From positions 34 through 64,033 of the forward strand of contig JANMJZ010000008.1 in assembly GCA_031371635.1 (NCBI GenBank): a DNA stretch of 64,000 bases. Direction: 5' to 3'. The translations under genes and the position numbers were made by a program. Positions 9,395 to 19,244 of this stretch are shown here, piece after piece. The notes under the pieces are model-generated. The model was given only the letters and a program-made list of their open reading frames with translations, was not told where the DNA came from and did not search any database. Origin of the DNA: Sphingomonadales bacterium. Lineage in GTDB: Bacteria; Pseudomonadota; Alphaproteobacteria; Sphingomonadales; Sphingomonadaceae. Each line of letters begins with the position of its first letter. Position 1 is the first letter of the stretch.

Positions 9395-9766
9395 CACGAT
9401 ATTGGGCACGATTGGCCACCACGTCGGGCCATGCAGGTATTTGACCAGCAACCACACAAAGAAGCTGTTCATCGCAAAGCCGAACAGATTGACGACAACG
9501 AAGCGCGCGCCAATCTGCGAATGGTTATCGCGTTCCCCGTGTCCGGCAAAGCTGATCCAGCCATGCGCGAAATAGCCGACGACGATACCGACGACGAACG
9601 CAATGCCGATCGAGATGTTCGGGTCGATCCCGAGCCATTCGACACCGAAGTAGTAGATGGCCTGCCCGCCTGCTGTGATCAGCCCGCCGACGACAGCATA
9701 GCGCAACAGTTGCCAGAATGCGGCTCGGGCCGCCGGGTCGGGGGGAAAGTGACGAAAAAGCTGCAC
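9341..9766 (-). CDS. GtrA-family small membrane protein
   Basis: ..FWQLLRYAVVGGLITAGGQAIYYFGV.. plus four predicted TM helices and a ~140-aa size fit GtrA. I place the start at GTG 9766, because the longer track ORF (to 9988) would overlap the upstream methyltransferase. The 3' end overlaps the convergent GT2 gene by 54 nt. Confidence 0.65.
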   Translation of the reverse strand: MQLFRHFPPDPAARAAFWQLLRYAVVGGLITAGGQAIYYFGVEWLGIDPNISIGIAFVVGIVVGYFAHGWISFAGHGERDNHSQIGARFVVVNLFGFAMNSFFVWLLVKYLHGPTWWPIVPNIVLTPLATFWMHRRWTYGG

Positions 9767-9876
9767 AAAAAAATCCGCCTGGCCGAGCTTGTCGAAGCCC
9801 TGTCCTTCTTCGTTAATCCGACAAGGAGAAAGCCAACCCTTCGACAACCTGCGGGAAACGCCTTCCTGATCGGCAT

Positions 9877-10635
9877 TTAAGCCCCGGCGCGCCCGCGCAA
9901 TCGCGCCTCGACGCTCGCCTTGACCATCGCCACCGGCTTGACCAGCCCGCCCGGAATCAGGCGGACCATCGCGCGTCGTGCGTTCCACGCGAAGTCACCG
10001 CCGATCTCGAGTTCGCGGCCGTCCTCGACCCGGGTCGCCAGCATCTTGTCAGACAGTCGCTGCTGGCCGGCCTCATTGGCGTAGAGATAGCTGTTGAACC
10101 TGTACCAGCCTTTGACCTGCTTCTGGTCGGCAAGGCGGGGGCGCAGGAAGTCGAAAGCAGCATAGCCTTGCTTGTCGAACAGCTTGCGCCAGTATTCGGG
10201 CGGCTGTTCGTTGACATGATGCTCGCCGCCCTGATGCGGCACAGCGGCGGAAAACAGCACGACGTTGCCGTGGCGGGTCAGCGTCTCGACGAATGTGGCG
10301 GCCTTGGCGTGCGGCAGATGTTCGGCAACCTCCAGGCTCTGCACGAGATCGAATTTGCGCCCCAGATCGAGCGGAAGGGACAGGTCGGCAGCGCGGAAAT
10401 GGGCGGTCGGGATGACCAACTGATCGGGCTTCACATAATCGCCGTCGACCGCGAGCACGTCGGCAACGCCGGCGGCCATCCATTCGGACGCCCAGGCGCC
10501 ATGACCGGCTCCCACGTCGAGCAGGCTGTCGATCTTCATCTCCGCGAGCAGCAGCGGGGCCACGGTGCGCGCCGACGACCGACTGCCGTCGTCGATATAG
10601 TCGTAAAAGTCGGTATTGTAGACGTGGTCGCTCAT
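9877..10635 (-). CDS. class I SAM-dependent methyltransferase
   Basis: The SAM motif LLDVGAGHGAWA and downstream acidic/aromatic motifs are present. I chose the ATG at 10635 (MSDHVYNTDFYDYI..). Confidence 0.8.
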   Translation of the reverse strand: MSDHVYNTDFYDYIDDGSRSSARTVAPLLLAEMKIDSLLDVGAGHGAWASEWMAAGVADVLAVDGDYVKPDQLVIPTAHFRAADLSLPLDLGRKFDLVQSLEVAEHLPHAKAATFVETLTRHGNVVLFSAAVPHQGGEHHVNEQPPEYWRKLFDKQGYAAFDFLRPRLADQKQVKGWYRFNSYLYANEAGQQRLSDKMLATRVEDGRELEIGGDFAWNARRAMVRLIPGGLVKPVAMVKASVEARLRGRAGA

Positions 10636-10736
10636 CGTTCCGGTCCGCGAGTGTCGGGGCGTACTGCCCGCGCTATGCAGCGGCACCGGTAGAGATTATG
10701 CGCCGCTTCGTCGAGAAGTAAGGGCGCCGGGCAAAA

Positions 10737-12539
10737 ATGATCGAAGTGGAAAGCGGGACACAGGGCCCGGAAGCGAGGATAGCGGCGCTGCTCGACCGGC
10801 ACTGGCAGGCACTTGTTGCGGTGGTCTGGTGCGTTACCATGGCCGTGCTCGTCTATATCCGATGGGGCATGATCCGCTGGTTCACGCTGCCCGACACCGA
10901 CGACAACATGCGGATGTCGCAGGTCCGCGCGCTGCTGAACGGGCAGGGCTGGTATGACCTGCGGCAGTATAAGCTGAATCCGCCCGTCGGCTTCAACATG
11001 CACTGGAGCCGCCTTGTCGATCTGCCGATCGCGCTGCTCGACTGGGGTGCGCGCCACTTTGTCGATGCGGCTACTGCAGAGCGATTTGCTGCCGCAGTGG
11101 CGCCGATGTTGCCGCTGGGGCTTACCTTGTTTGCGCTTGCGCTGGCGGCGCGGCGACTTGTCGCGCCCAATGCCGCCTTGCTCGCCGTTGGCTTTGCCGT
11201 GACCTGCTGCCTGGCTGCGCTGTCCATGTTCATGCCGATGCGGATCGACCACCACAACTGGCAGCTCACGTTCCTGGTGATCAGCATCGCCGGGATCGCC
11301 GATTCGCAGGCGCGACGCGGGGGGATCGTCATGGGCCTGGCCAGCGCGGCTTCGCTCACCATCGGACTCGAGCTTCTGCCTTTCCTCGTCATCGTCGGCG
11401 CCGCCGCGGTGCTCCGCTGGGTCTGGCAGCCCGAGGATCGTGAGCGCCTGTCGGCTTACGGCCTGTCGCTCGCGGTCGGCTGTGCGGCCGGCTACCTCGG
11501 CTTTGCCTCCTACGCCAACGCAGTGCCGCGCTGTGACGTGCTGTCGCCGGTCTGGCTCGGCATGATGGTGGCGGCGGGATGGCTCGCCTGGCTCTTGCCG
11601 CAATTGCAGCGAGGCGACTGGCGACTGCGGCTCGGCGCGGCAGCGCTGGGCGGGGCCGTACTGGCCGCGGGTTTCATACTGCTTGCGCCGCAGTGCCTGG
11701 GCCGACCCGAACAGGTGTCGCCCGAACTCTACGACAGCTGGCTGAAGAACATCAACGAATTCAAGCCTCTCTACACGAAGGACTGGCAGGTCGTCGTCGG
11801 TACGCTCGCCTTGCCACTGGCGGGCGTCATCGGCGCGATCGTTGCAACCCTGCGCGCGCGTGGTACGCCGAATTTTGCGGTCTGGGCACCGGTCGCCCTG
11901 ATCAGCCTTACTTCCATGCTGCTGCTCTTGTGGCAAACACGCATGGGTGCGGCGGCGCAGCTGACAGCCGTCCCGGGCGCCACCGCCCTCACCTGGCTGC
12001 TCGTCCCCATACTTCGCCGCAGTACCTCGGTGCTGACGCGGACCATTGGCGTGGCTTTCGTGATCCTCCTGATCTCGGGCCTTGGTGCTCAAATCGTGCT
12101 TGGCAATATTCCGGGGAAAAAGGCCACGGCGCGCAGCAAAGCAATCGACAAGGCCAATGCCCGTTGCCCGACCCTGCCCGCGCTGGCGCCGATCGCGCGG
12201 CTGCCGGCGACGACGATCTTCACTTTTGTCGACCTCGGCCCGCGGCTGATCACGGTCACGCCGCACAAGGCGATTGCCGGTCCCTACCACCGCAATGGGG
12301 ATGCGATTCTCGACGTGCACCACGCCTTCGACGGGGCACCGGAAAATGCGCATGCAATCATCAAGCGCCACGGGGCGACGTTGCTGATGACCTGCCCGAA
12401 CATGAGTGAATCGACCGTCTATCGGTCGCGCTCGCCCAAGGGGTTCTACGCGCAGCTGGCGTCAGGCAAGAAATTCGACTGGCTCGAACCCGTACCGTTA
12501 CCCAAGGGGTCGCCGCTGCTGCTTTGGCGGGTGAAGTGA
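10737..12539 (+). CDS. large polytopic membrane protein with periplasmic C-terminal domain, function unknown (candidate GT-C-like)
   Basis: 600-aa ORF with more than 10 hydrophobic segments. An acidic motif LPDTDDNMRMSQVR follows directly after TM1, and there is a hydrophilic C-terminal ~130 aa (..GPYHRNGDAILDV..). It is divergent from the methyltransferase. Confidence 0.75.
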   Translation: MIEVESGTQGPEARIAALLDRHWQALVAVVWCVTMAVLVYIRWGMIRWFTLPDTDDNMRMSQVRALLNGQGWYDLRQYKLNPPVGFNMHWSRLVDLPIALLDWGARHFVDAATAERFAAAVAPMLPLGLTLFALALAARRLVAPNAALLAVGFAVTCCLAALSMFMPMRIDHHNWQLTFLVISIAGIADSQARRGGIVMGLASAASLTIGLELLPFLVIVGAAAVLRWVWQPEDRERLSAYGLSLAVGCAAGYLGFASYANAVPRCDVLSPVWLGMMVAAGWLAWLLPQLQRGDWRLRLGAAALGGAVLAAGFILLAPQCLGRPEQVSPELYDSWLKNINEFKPLYTKDWQVVVGTLALPLAGVIGAIVATLRARGTPNFAVWAPVALISLTSMLLLLWQTRMGAAAQLTAVPGATALTWLLVPILRRSTSVLTRTIGVAFVILLISGLGAQIVLGNIPGKKATARSKAIDKANARCPTLPALAPIARLPATTIFTFVDLGPRLITVTPHKAIAGPYHRNGDAILDVHHAFDGAPENAHAIIKRHGATLLMTCPNMSESTVYRSRSPKGFYAQLASGKKFDWLEPVPLPKGSPLLLWRVK

Positions 12540-12543
12540 TCGC

Positions 12544-13161
12544 CTAAAGGAAGCTGGCCTTCACCCCGTCGATCACGAACTGCGCTGCCAGCGCGGCGAG
12601 GATGACGCCGAGGACGCGCGTAATCATCGCTTCAACCCGGTTACCGAGCAATTTCATAAGGGGGCCGGCCAGCAGCAGCGAAACCATCGTCAGCAACAGG
12701 GTCACGGCCAATGCGCCAAGGACCACGCTGCGTTCGGTCCAGCCATCGGCGCGCGAGGTCAGCAGCATGGCCGAGGCGATAGAGCCCGGCCCGGCGATCA
12801 TTGGGATCCCCATCGGGAAGATCGAGATGTCGTCATGCTCCTGCGCCAATACGTCCTGCGCGCGGTTCTCGCGCCGCTCGGTGCGTTTTTCGAACACCAT
12901 GTCGAGCGCGATCAGAAACAGCATAATGCCGCCGGCGATGCGAAATGCATCAAGGCTGACGTGCAGCGCCGAAAGGAAAGCCTTTCCGCCCAGTGCAAAG
13001 GCAAACAGGATCAGCGACGCGACCATCGTCGAACGCAGCGCCATCGCGCGGCGGTGAGTCGCTGGTGTGCCGTTGGTCAGGCTGGCGAAAATCGGGGCAC
13101 AGCCGGGTGGATCGATGACGACGAAGAAAGTGACCAGCGCCGATATGAAGAGCTCTGTCAC
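12544..13161 (-). CDS. MarC-family (UPF0056) integral membrane protein
   Basis: MTELFISALVTFFVVIDPPGCAPIFASLT is the typical MarC N-terminus. 205 aa with six hydrophobic segments. Confidence 0.8.
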   Translation of the reverse strand: MTELFISALVTFFVVIDPPGCAPIFASLTNGTPATHRRAMALRSTMVASLILFAFALGGKAFLSALHVSLDAFRIAGGIMLFLIALDMVFEKRTERRENRAQDVLAQEHDDISIFPMGIPMIAGPGSIASAMLLTSRADGWTERSVVLGALAVTLLLTMVSLLLAGPLMKLLGNRVEAMITRVLGVILAALAAQFVIDGVKASFL

Positions 13162-13982
13162 TTCAATCCGATCGTTTCATAAACCACGAGCTTCCAGCCT
13201 GCCGAGCCGCGCCATTGCCAGACGCGCAGATCGTGCGCGCCAGCTTGTCCGCCAAGCAGCGCGCGCGACGCCCAAGCCAGCGTCCAGTCGTCGGAATGGC
13301 CCGATGCAATCGCCATGCCGAATTTTGCCCTTGGCAAGGCGACAGGGCCACGCACGGGCATCGCTTCTTCTGTCTGGACCAGCACGTCGGTCGCGGCATC
13401 GGCAGCAAAGGCCGCAGCGCCGTCGATGCCCGCGCGCGCTGCAACACTGGCTGCGAGCCTGTCGTACGCCGCTTCACGCGTGGCGGCATCTATGGACGTG
13501 TCCCCCGAACAAATGGGCGCAACGACGGCAGGCGCATTGCCCGCCGGAACCAGTCGCGGCGTGGGCCGGCCATGGTCGAGCTGCCAGCGATAGCCGGTCG
13601 CCGTGCGCTTCCATATCGTCGAAAACGTGCCCTGGCCACCCGAGGCCGCACGCACCCAGGGGCCGGTCGAGAGGGCCAGTGTTCCGTCGCACGAAGGCAC
13701 GATGGTTCCGGGCCACCACATGACGGGCACGGCGGGCTCCGTCGCGCCGGTCAGCGCTGCGGCGAGCGGCCGGGCGTCGGGGACGAACATGATGGCGTCG
13801 GGCGCCGCGGTCAGCTTGAACGCCTTCCACTGCCCTTCGACCTGCGCGCGCCGGGCAAAGGCACGTTCGGCGGCAGCGATCGCGTCGGCAGGGCGTACCA
13901 CCGGCAGGATCTGCGGTCGGGGTTGCATGGCGGCGGGGCTGGGCACGATGGCGGCAGCGGCGAGCAGCGGCATGACAAGCAT
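13158..13982 (-). CDS. secreted hypothetical protein, probably two NTF2/DUF4440-like repeats
   Basis: 274-aa ORF with a hydrophobic N-terminus. ..AERAFARRAQVEGQWKAFK.. and ..FSTIWKRTATGYRWQLDHG.. resemble SnoaL/DUF4440 folds. It is coupled to its neighbours by overlapping stop/start codons. Confidence 0.55.
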   Translation of the reverse strand: MLVMPLLAAAAIVPSPAAMQPRPQILPVVRPADAIAAAERAFARRAQVEGQWKAFKLTAAPDAIMFVPDARPLAAALTGATEPAVPVMWWPGTIVPSCDGTLALSTGPWVRAASGGQGTFSTIWKRTATGYRWQLDHGRPTPRLVPAGNAPAVVAPICSGDTSIDAATREAAYDRLAASVAARAGIDGAAAFAADAATDVLVQTEEAMPVRGPVALPRAKFGMAIASGHSDDWTLAWASRALLGGQAGAHDLRVWQWRGSAGWKLVVYETIGLK

Positions 13983-14833
13983 CAGGCGGCGTCTTTCATG
14001 TGGCGCCGTTCGGCCGAGGACAGGGTGTTACGCAGCAGGCAGGCGATCATCATCGGTCCCACGCCTCCGGGCACCGGTGTGATATGAGCGGCATGGGTGG
14101 CGACCTCGTCGAACGCGACATCGCCGACCAACCTGCCATCCACGCGGTTGATCCCGACGTCGATGACTGTCGCCCCAGGCTTGACCCAGTCCCCGCGGAT
14201 CATTTCGGCCCGCCCGACCGCTGCCACCACGATGTCCGCCCGGCGGCACAGCGCGGGCAGGTCGAGTGATCGCGAATGGGCGATGGTCACGGTTGCGTTT
14301 GCGCCAAGCAGCAGTTGCACCATCGGCTTGCCGACGATGTTGGAGCGCCCGACGACGACGGCGTCGAGCCCCGACAGGTCGCCCAGCGTGTCAGTCAGCA
14401 GCATCAGGCAGCCAAGCGGCGTGCAGGGGACGAAACCTTGCAGCCCGCTCGCCAGCCGCCCGGCATTGACCGGATGAAAGCCGTCGACGTCCTTGTCGGG
14501 GTCGATGGACGCGATCACCGCGTTGGTGTCGATATGGCCGGGCAGGGGCAGCTGGACGAGGATACCGTCGACCTGCGGGTCGGCATTAAGCTGGCCGACG
14601 AGATCGAGCAGCGCGGCCTGCGTCGTTTCGACAGGCAGGCGGTGCTCGAAGCTTGCCATGCCGGCCTCACGGCAGGCCTTGCCCTTGGCGCGGACGTAGA
14701 CGCTGCTCGCGGGGTCTTCGCCGACGAGAACGACGGCAAGACCGGGCGCGCGTGCCAGCTTCGCGACGCCGCCCGCCACCTTGTCGCGCAGCGCCTGCGC
14801 GTGTGCCCTGCCGTCGATCAGCGCGGCGGTCAT
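13982..14833 (-). CDS. folD: bifunctional methylenetetrahydrofolate dehydrogenase / methenyl-THF cyclohydrolase
   Basis: 283 aa. ..YVRAKGKAC.., GILVQLPLP and [18 protein letters not shown] are hallmark FolD motifs. Confidence 0.95.
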   Translation of the reverse strand: MTAALIDGRAHAQALRDKVAGGVAKLARAPGLAVVLVGEDPASSVYVRAKGKACREAGMASFEHRLPVETTQAALLDLVGQLNADPQVDGILVQLPLPGHIDTNAVIASIDPDKDVDGFHPVNAGRLASGLQGFVPCTPLGCLMLLTDTLGDLSGLDAVVVGRSNIVGKPMVQLLLGANATVTIAHSRSLDLPALCRRADIVVAAVGRAEMIRGDWVKPGATVIDVGINRVDGRLVGDVAFDEVATHAAHITPVPGGVGPMMIACLLRNTLSSAERRHMKDAA

Positions 14834-15120
14834 GCGGGTGTGTAGGCGATCTGGTTGGTCAGCAGGATGTTGAGGATGCCTAGGATGACAAGCACGACGA
14901 TGGGCGACAGGTCGAGCGCGCCGAAATCGGGCATGATCTTGCGGATCGGCCGATAGAGCGGCTCGGTCAGCCGGTCGAGTGTCGTCCAGACCTGCCGCAC
15001 GAAATCATTATGGGTATTGATCACGTTGAAGGCGATCAGCCACGACATCACGGCCTGAATGATGATGACCCACCAGACAAGCGTCAGTAAATAAAGGGCA
15101 ATCTGTATCAGGGTGTTCAT
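14830..15120 (-). CDS. yggT: YggT-family membrane protein
   Basis: [35 protein letters not shown]... is typical of YggT (96 aa). ATGA overlap with folD. The track ORF start at 15267 is an extension. Confidence 0.8.
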   Translation of the reverse strand: MNTLIQIALYLLTLVWWVIIIQAVMSWLIAFNVINTHNDFVRQVWTTLDRLTEPLYRPIRKIMPDFGALDLSPIVVLVILGILNILLTNQIAYTPA

Positions 15121-15163
15121 GTGCGGATCTCGGTATGGGGCGACTTGATCCCAGATAGCGAAG

Positions 15164-16063
15164 CTAGGCCGCTTTGTGAACCAGCGTGCCCGCGCCACGC
15201 GCCGTAAAGATCTCGACCAGCATGACATGCGGCACGCGCCCGTCGAGGATGACGGCGGCATCGACACCGGCTTCGACCGCGGCGATGCACGTCTCGAGCT
15301 TGGGGATCATGCCGCCCGTAACGGTGCCGTCGGCACGTAGTGCCTCGATGCGGTCCGGGTCGAGGTCGGTCAGCAATTCGCCCGACTTGTCCAGCACGCC
15401 CGCGACATCGGTGAGCAAGAAAAGTCGCGACGCGCCGAGCGCGGCTGCGATCGCCCCGGCCATGGTGTCGGCGTTGATGTTGTAGGTCTGGCCGCTCGCA
15501 TCGGGCGCAATCGGCGCGATGACGGGGATGACGCCGGCAGCCGACAGTGTGTCGATGATCGTGCGGTCCACCTTCACCGGTTCCCCGACGAAGCCAAGGT
15601 CGACGTTGCGCTCGATGCCGCGGTTGGGATCGGCGGGACGCGACACTTTTTCTGCGACCACCAGCCCGGCATCCTTGCCCGACAAGCCGACCGCGCGCCC
15701 GTCCTCGGCCGCGATCCAGCCCACGATCTGCTTGTTGATCGCGCCCAGCACCATTTCGGCGACATCGGCGGTTTCCTTGTCGGTGACGCGCAGCCCGCCG
15801 ACGAACTCGCTGACGACGCCCAGCTTTTTCAGCATCGCGCCGATCTGCGGCCCGCCGCCATGGACGACGACCGGATTGATGCCGACGGCTTTCAACAGGA
15901 CGATGTCCTCGGCGAAGTCCTCGGCCGCTGCCGGATCGCCCATCGCATGGCCGCCATATTTCACGACAAAGGTCTGCCCCGCGTAGCGTTGCAGATAGGG
16001 CAGAGCCTCGACGAGCGTCTCGGCCTTGTTCAGCAGGCTGCTGTCCGGATCGTGGCGGCTCAT
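15164..16063 (-). CDS. argB: acetylglutamate kinase
   Basis: 299 aa. [30 protein letters not shown] and [12 protein letters not shown] are ArgB signatures. Confidence 0.95.
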   Translation of the reverse strand: MSRHDPDSSLLNKAETLVEALPYLQRYAGQTFVVKYGGHAMGDPAAAEDFAEDIVLLKAVGINPVVVHGGGPQIGAMLKKLGVVSEFVGGLRVTDKETADVAEMVLGAINKQIVGWIAAEDGRAVGLSGKDAGLVVAEKVSRPADPNRGIERNVDLGFVGEPVKVDRTIIDTLSAAGVIPVIAPIAPDASGQTYNINADTMAGAIAAALGASRLFLLTDVAGVLDKSGELLTDLDPDRIEALRADGTVTGGMIPKLETCIAAVEAGVDAAVILDGRVPHVMLVEIFTARGAGTLVHKAA

Positions 16064-16695
16064 GCGTCGAGTCTCCGGCCGAGCGCCACGAACACATAGA
16101 CCATGGCGGGAACAAGCAGCGCCGACAGCACGATCTTGGCAATCATCTGCCCGACCAACAGCTGCCCGATCGGAAACACGCCATAGAAGGCGACCGTCAC
16201 GAAAATCAGCGTATCAACGATCTGGCTGGCGATCGACGCGACGCCCGAACGCAGCCAGAGCAACTTGCTGCCCTCCTGCCCTTTCAACGCACTGAAGATC
16301 GTGACATTGAGCGTCTGGGAAATTCCGTAGGACAATAGGCCTGCGATCATCAGCCGCGGACTCTGCCCGACGACGAGCTGGAAGCCGTCGCGTCGTGCGA
16401 TTTCCATCTCGGGAGAAGCGGGCAGCACCAGAACCAGCTCGAACAGCGCCAGCGACACCAGCAGCGGCACGAAGCCCCACTGGACGATCCTGTTTGCCCA
16501 GGCACGGCCGTGCAGTTCAGCGACCGCGCTCGACATCATGACGAGCGTCAGGAAAGAGAAGATGCCGGCCTCGATCGTCAGCGGCCCAATTACCACCTGC
16601 TTGTTGCCGAGCACGCTGCCGATGACGACCATGCCCCCGTAAAGTAGCGCAACAGCGAACAGCGAGCGCGGAATGACTGGTGTCGAGGTGTCCAT
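16060..16695 (-). CDS. yhhQ: queuosine-precursor transporter (YhhQ/VUT family)
   Basis: The 211-aa C-terminal part of the 688-aa track ORF, starting at MDTSTPVIP.., has ..[32 protein letters not shown].., typical of YhhQ/DUF165. The rest of the long ORF is antisense to the nucleoside transporter. Confidence 0.8.
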   Translation of the reverse strand: MDTSTPVIPRSLFAVALLYGGMVVIGSVLGNKQVVIGPLTIEAGIFSFLTLVMMSSAVAELHGRAWANRIVQWGFVPLLVSLALFELVLVLPASPEMEIARRDGFQLVVGQSPRLMIAGLLSYGISQTLNVTIFSALKGQEGSKLLWLRSGVASIASQIVDTLIFVTVAFYGVFPIGQLLVGQMIAKIVLSALLVPAMVYVFVALGRRLDA

Positions 16696-16737
16696 CGCGC
16701 GGTTGCTACTTGCTTTTGCCCGCAACGCAACCGCATC

Positions 16738-18009
16738 GTGCGCCGAAAGAACCCAGGGGCTCATGTGCAACGCATTCTGATCGGCATCGCAGGAATCGTC
16801 ATCATCCTTGCGATTGCAGTGCTGCTGTCGTCCAACCGGCGTGCCATTCGCCTGCGCGTCGTGGGAGCGGCATTCGCGCTGCAGGCAACGCTTGCCGTGC
16901 TGGTGCTTTACGTGCCCGCCGGAAAAGCCGTGATTGAAAGCATGGCACGCGGCGTCAGCGCGCTGCTCGGCTATGCCGGTGCAGGCACGCAGCTCATCTT
17001 CGGCAAGCTGGCGACCGACCCCAATTTCGGCACGGCCTTTGCGTTTTCGGCGCTCCCGGTCATCGTGTTCTTCGCCTCGCTCGTCGCCGTGCTCTATTAT
17101 CTCGGCATCATGCAGTTCATCATCCGCTGGGTCGGCGGCGGCATTGAATGGGTCGTCGGCGTATCGAAGGTGGAGGCACTGTGCGCGGCTGCCAACATCT
17201 TTGTCGGGCAAAGCGAATCGCCGCTGGTGATCCGGCCCTATCTGGCGGGCCTCGCGCCGTCGCAGCTGTTCACGGTCATGTCGGTCGGCATGGCAGGCGT
17301 CGCAGGCACCATCCTGGCAGCCTATGCGGCGCTCCTGGGGCCGGCCTCGCTTCCCTATCTGCTGGCGGCCTCGTTCATGGCGGCACCCGGCGGGCTGCTG
17401 ATGGCCAAGATCATGATGCCCGACGATCCGTCGAACACCGGGGCACTGGCCGATTCCGCGCTGGCCGTGGCACCGGTCGATCCCGAGGAACAACCCGCCA
17501 ACCTGATCATGGCGGCGGCCATGGGCGCGCAGACCGGCGTCAAGATCGCGGTCGCCGTCGCCGCCATGGTGCTCGCCTTCGTCGCGCTGGTCGCGCTCGC
17601 CAACGGGCTGCTCGGCGCGGCGGGAAGCTGGATGGGCTATCCCGACCTCAGCTTCCAGCAAATCCTGGGTACCGTCCTGTCGCCGCTGATGTACCTGCTG
17701 AATATCCCCGCGAACGAAACCGCCGCCGCCGGCGGCCTGCTGGGTACGAAGGTCGTGCTCAACGAATTCGTGGCCTTCATCGACCTCGGCCAGATGAAGG
17801 ACCTGTCGCCGCGCACCGTTGCCGTCGTTACGTTTGCGCTCTGCGGCTTCGCCAATTTCTCGTCGATCGCCATCCAGATGGCGTCGACCGGAAGCCTTGC
17901 CCCCAACCAGCGCCCGATGATCGCCAAGCTGGGCTTGAAGGCGCTCGCGGCGGGCAGTCTCGCGAACCTGATGTCGGCGGCGCTCGCGGGCCTGCTGATC
18001 CCGGGCTAG
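16738..18009 (+). CDS. NupC/CNT-family nucleoside transporter
   Basis: 423 aa. The N-terminus ..ILIGIAGIVIILAIAVLLSSNRRAIRLR.. and the ..ANIFVGQSESPLVIRPYL.. block are CNT-family hallmarks. The start is GTG 16738 or GTG 16765. Confidence 0.85.
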   Translation: MRRKNPGAHVQRILIGIAGIVIILAIAVLLSSNRRAIRLRVVGAAFALQATLAVLVLYVPAGKAVIESMARGVSALLGYAGAGTQLIFGKLATDPNFGTAFAFSALPVIVFFASLVAVLYYLGIMQFIIRWVGGGIEWVVGVSKVEALCAAANIFVGQSESPLVIRPYLAGLAPSQLFTVMSVGMAGVAGTILAAYAALLGPASLPYLLAASFMAAPGGLLMAKIMMPDDPSNTGALADSALAVAPVDPEEQPANLIMAAAMGAQTGVKIAVAVAAMVLAFVALVALANGLLGAAGSWMGYPDLSFQQILGTVLSPLMYLLNIPANETAAAGGLLGTKVVLNEFVAFIDLGQMKDLSPRTVAVVTFALCGFANFSSIAIQMASTGSLAPNQRPMIAKLGLKALAAGSLANLMSAALAGLLIPG

Positions 18010-19244
18010 GCCTGGGCCTGCTTCCGCCCGAACCATCCTGTTTTCGGCGCCCCCGATTTCAGGACCCCGATGCGGAATCGGCGTGCGGCGATGCGGATGA
18101 TGACGACAACCCAGATTGCCTGCCACGCGAGCGCGAGCAGGTGCGGCCAGAGGGTCGCTTCCTGCGCCGCGCGCGCGATCATCGTGATCGGTGAGGACAA
18201 GGGGAAGATTGCCGCGAACAGGCCGAGCGGCGTGTTGAGGCTCGCGACGACGCTCGATCCCAGGGCAAAGATCGCCAATTGCATCATCGTGACGGGCATC
18301 GACAATGTCTGGACATCGCGGACAGTGGCGGCCTGTGAACCGATCCCTATGAAAATGCCGCCCAGAATCATGTAGTTGCTGATGTAATAAGCAACGCCCA
18401 GCGCGATCAGCATCGGCCAGCCCATCGGGGGGGCGGGCAGCCCCTGCGCACCGAGTGTCGCCACGACGCCCGTGCCGACGGCAAGGCCCCAGATCGTGAT
18501 GCCAGTGATCGAAACGCCCAGCATGGCAACCAGCTTGCCGAGGAATATCGCATCGACGGGCACGGCAGCCGTCAGCACCTCGATCACCTTGTTCGACTTT
18601 TCCTCGACTAGGTTGGACAGCAGCATGCCCGCCAGCAGGATCGTCAGCATGAACAGCATCGTCTGCGACGCACGGGCAAGCAGATGACGGTTGGCCGAAG
18701 AGGTGACGGCGACAGGGCGCGTGGGCACCTCGGTCACGGCGATCGCCGGCCGCTTCTGCCCCGCCTTCGTCAACTGCATCTCGAGCGCAGCTTCCTCCGA
18801 AAGCATCTCAACGTCGGACACATGGTCTTTCAGTTGTGCCACTGAGCCGTGCAGGCGCAAGCGTTCGGGCCAGCCGGTCAGGACTACCGACGGCGCACGT
18901 CGGGGATCTGCGAGCAAGACCTGCGCCTGCCGGTCGGGGTCGCCGTCCGGAAGCTCGAGCCGCAGGGCAGGAAAGCCCTCGATCCGGTCGTCGAGACGTT
19001 GTTGGGCCGCGCGCAAAGATGCCATAGCCGATTCGGGCGCAACCACGGCGACGAGCGGCTTCATCGCGACTTCATCGGCCTTGCTGCCGATGCTACCGAT
19101 GACACCGCCAAAACCGATGGCAATGATCGGCGTCAGCAGAAACATGACGAACGATCGCGACCAGACTGTGGCCACATAGTCGCGCCGGGCAATGACGGCG
19201 GCCGCGCGCAACAGGCGGCCGGTGCGGCTGTCGTTCATGCTCAT
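18006..19244 (-). CDS. ABC-2 type transporter permease (NatB-like)
   Basis: 412-aa ORF. One N-terminal TM helix, a large extracytoplasmic domain, then five C-terminal TM helices. It is translationally coupled to the upstream ATPase. Confidence 0.75.
   Translation of the reverse strand: MSMNDSRTGRLLRAAAVIARRDYVATVWSRSFVMFLLTPIIAIGFGGVIGSIGSKADEVAMKPLVAVVAPESAMASLRAAQQRLDDRIEGFPALRLELPDGDPDRQAQVLLADPRRAPSVVLTGWPERLRLHGSVAQLKDHVSDVEMLSEEAALEMQLTKAGQKRPAIAVTEVPTRPVAVTSSANRHLLARASQTMLFMLTILLAGMLLSNLVEEKSNKVIEVLTAAVPVDAIFLGKLVAMLGVSITGITIWGLAVGTGVVATLGAQGLPAPPMGWPMLIALGVAYYISNYMILGGIFIGIGSQAATVRDVQTLSMPVTMMQLAIFALGSSVVASLNTPLGLFAAIFPLSSPITMIARAAQEATLWPHLLALAWQAIWVVVIIRIAARRFRIGVLKSGAPKTGWFGRKQAQA

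Noticed and set aside
10632-12371. 579-aa minus-strand ORF antisense to the 600-aa membrane protein gene
   Set aside because: The product is Arg/Gly/Pro/Asp/Gln-rich and low in complexity, with no motifs. It lies entirely within a plus-strand gene of strong coding character. This is a typical high-GC shadow ORF.
16696-18126. Upstream ~480 codons of the 688-aa minus-strand ORF that ends as yhhQ
   Set aside because: Only the last 211 codons look like YhhQ. The rest is Arg/Asp/Gly-rich and antisense to the well-supported CNT nucleoside transporter and the ABC permease 3' end.
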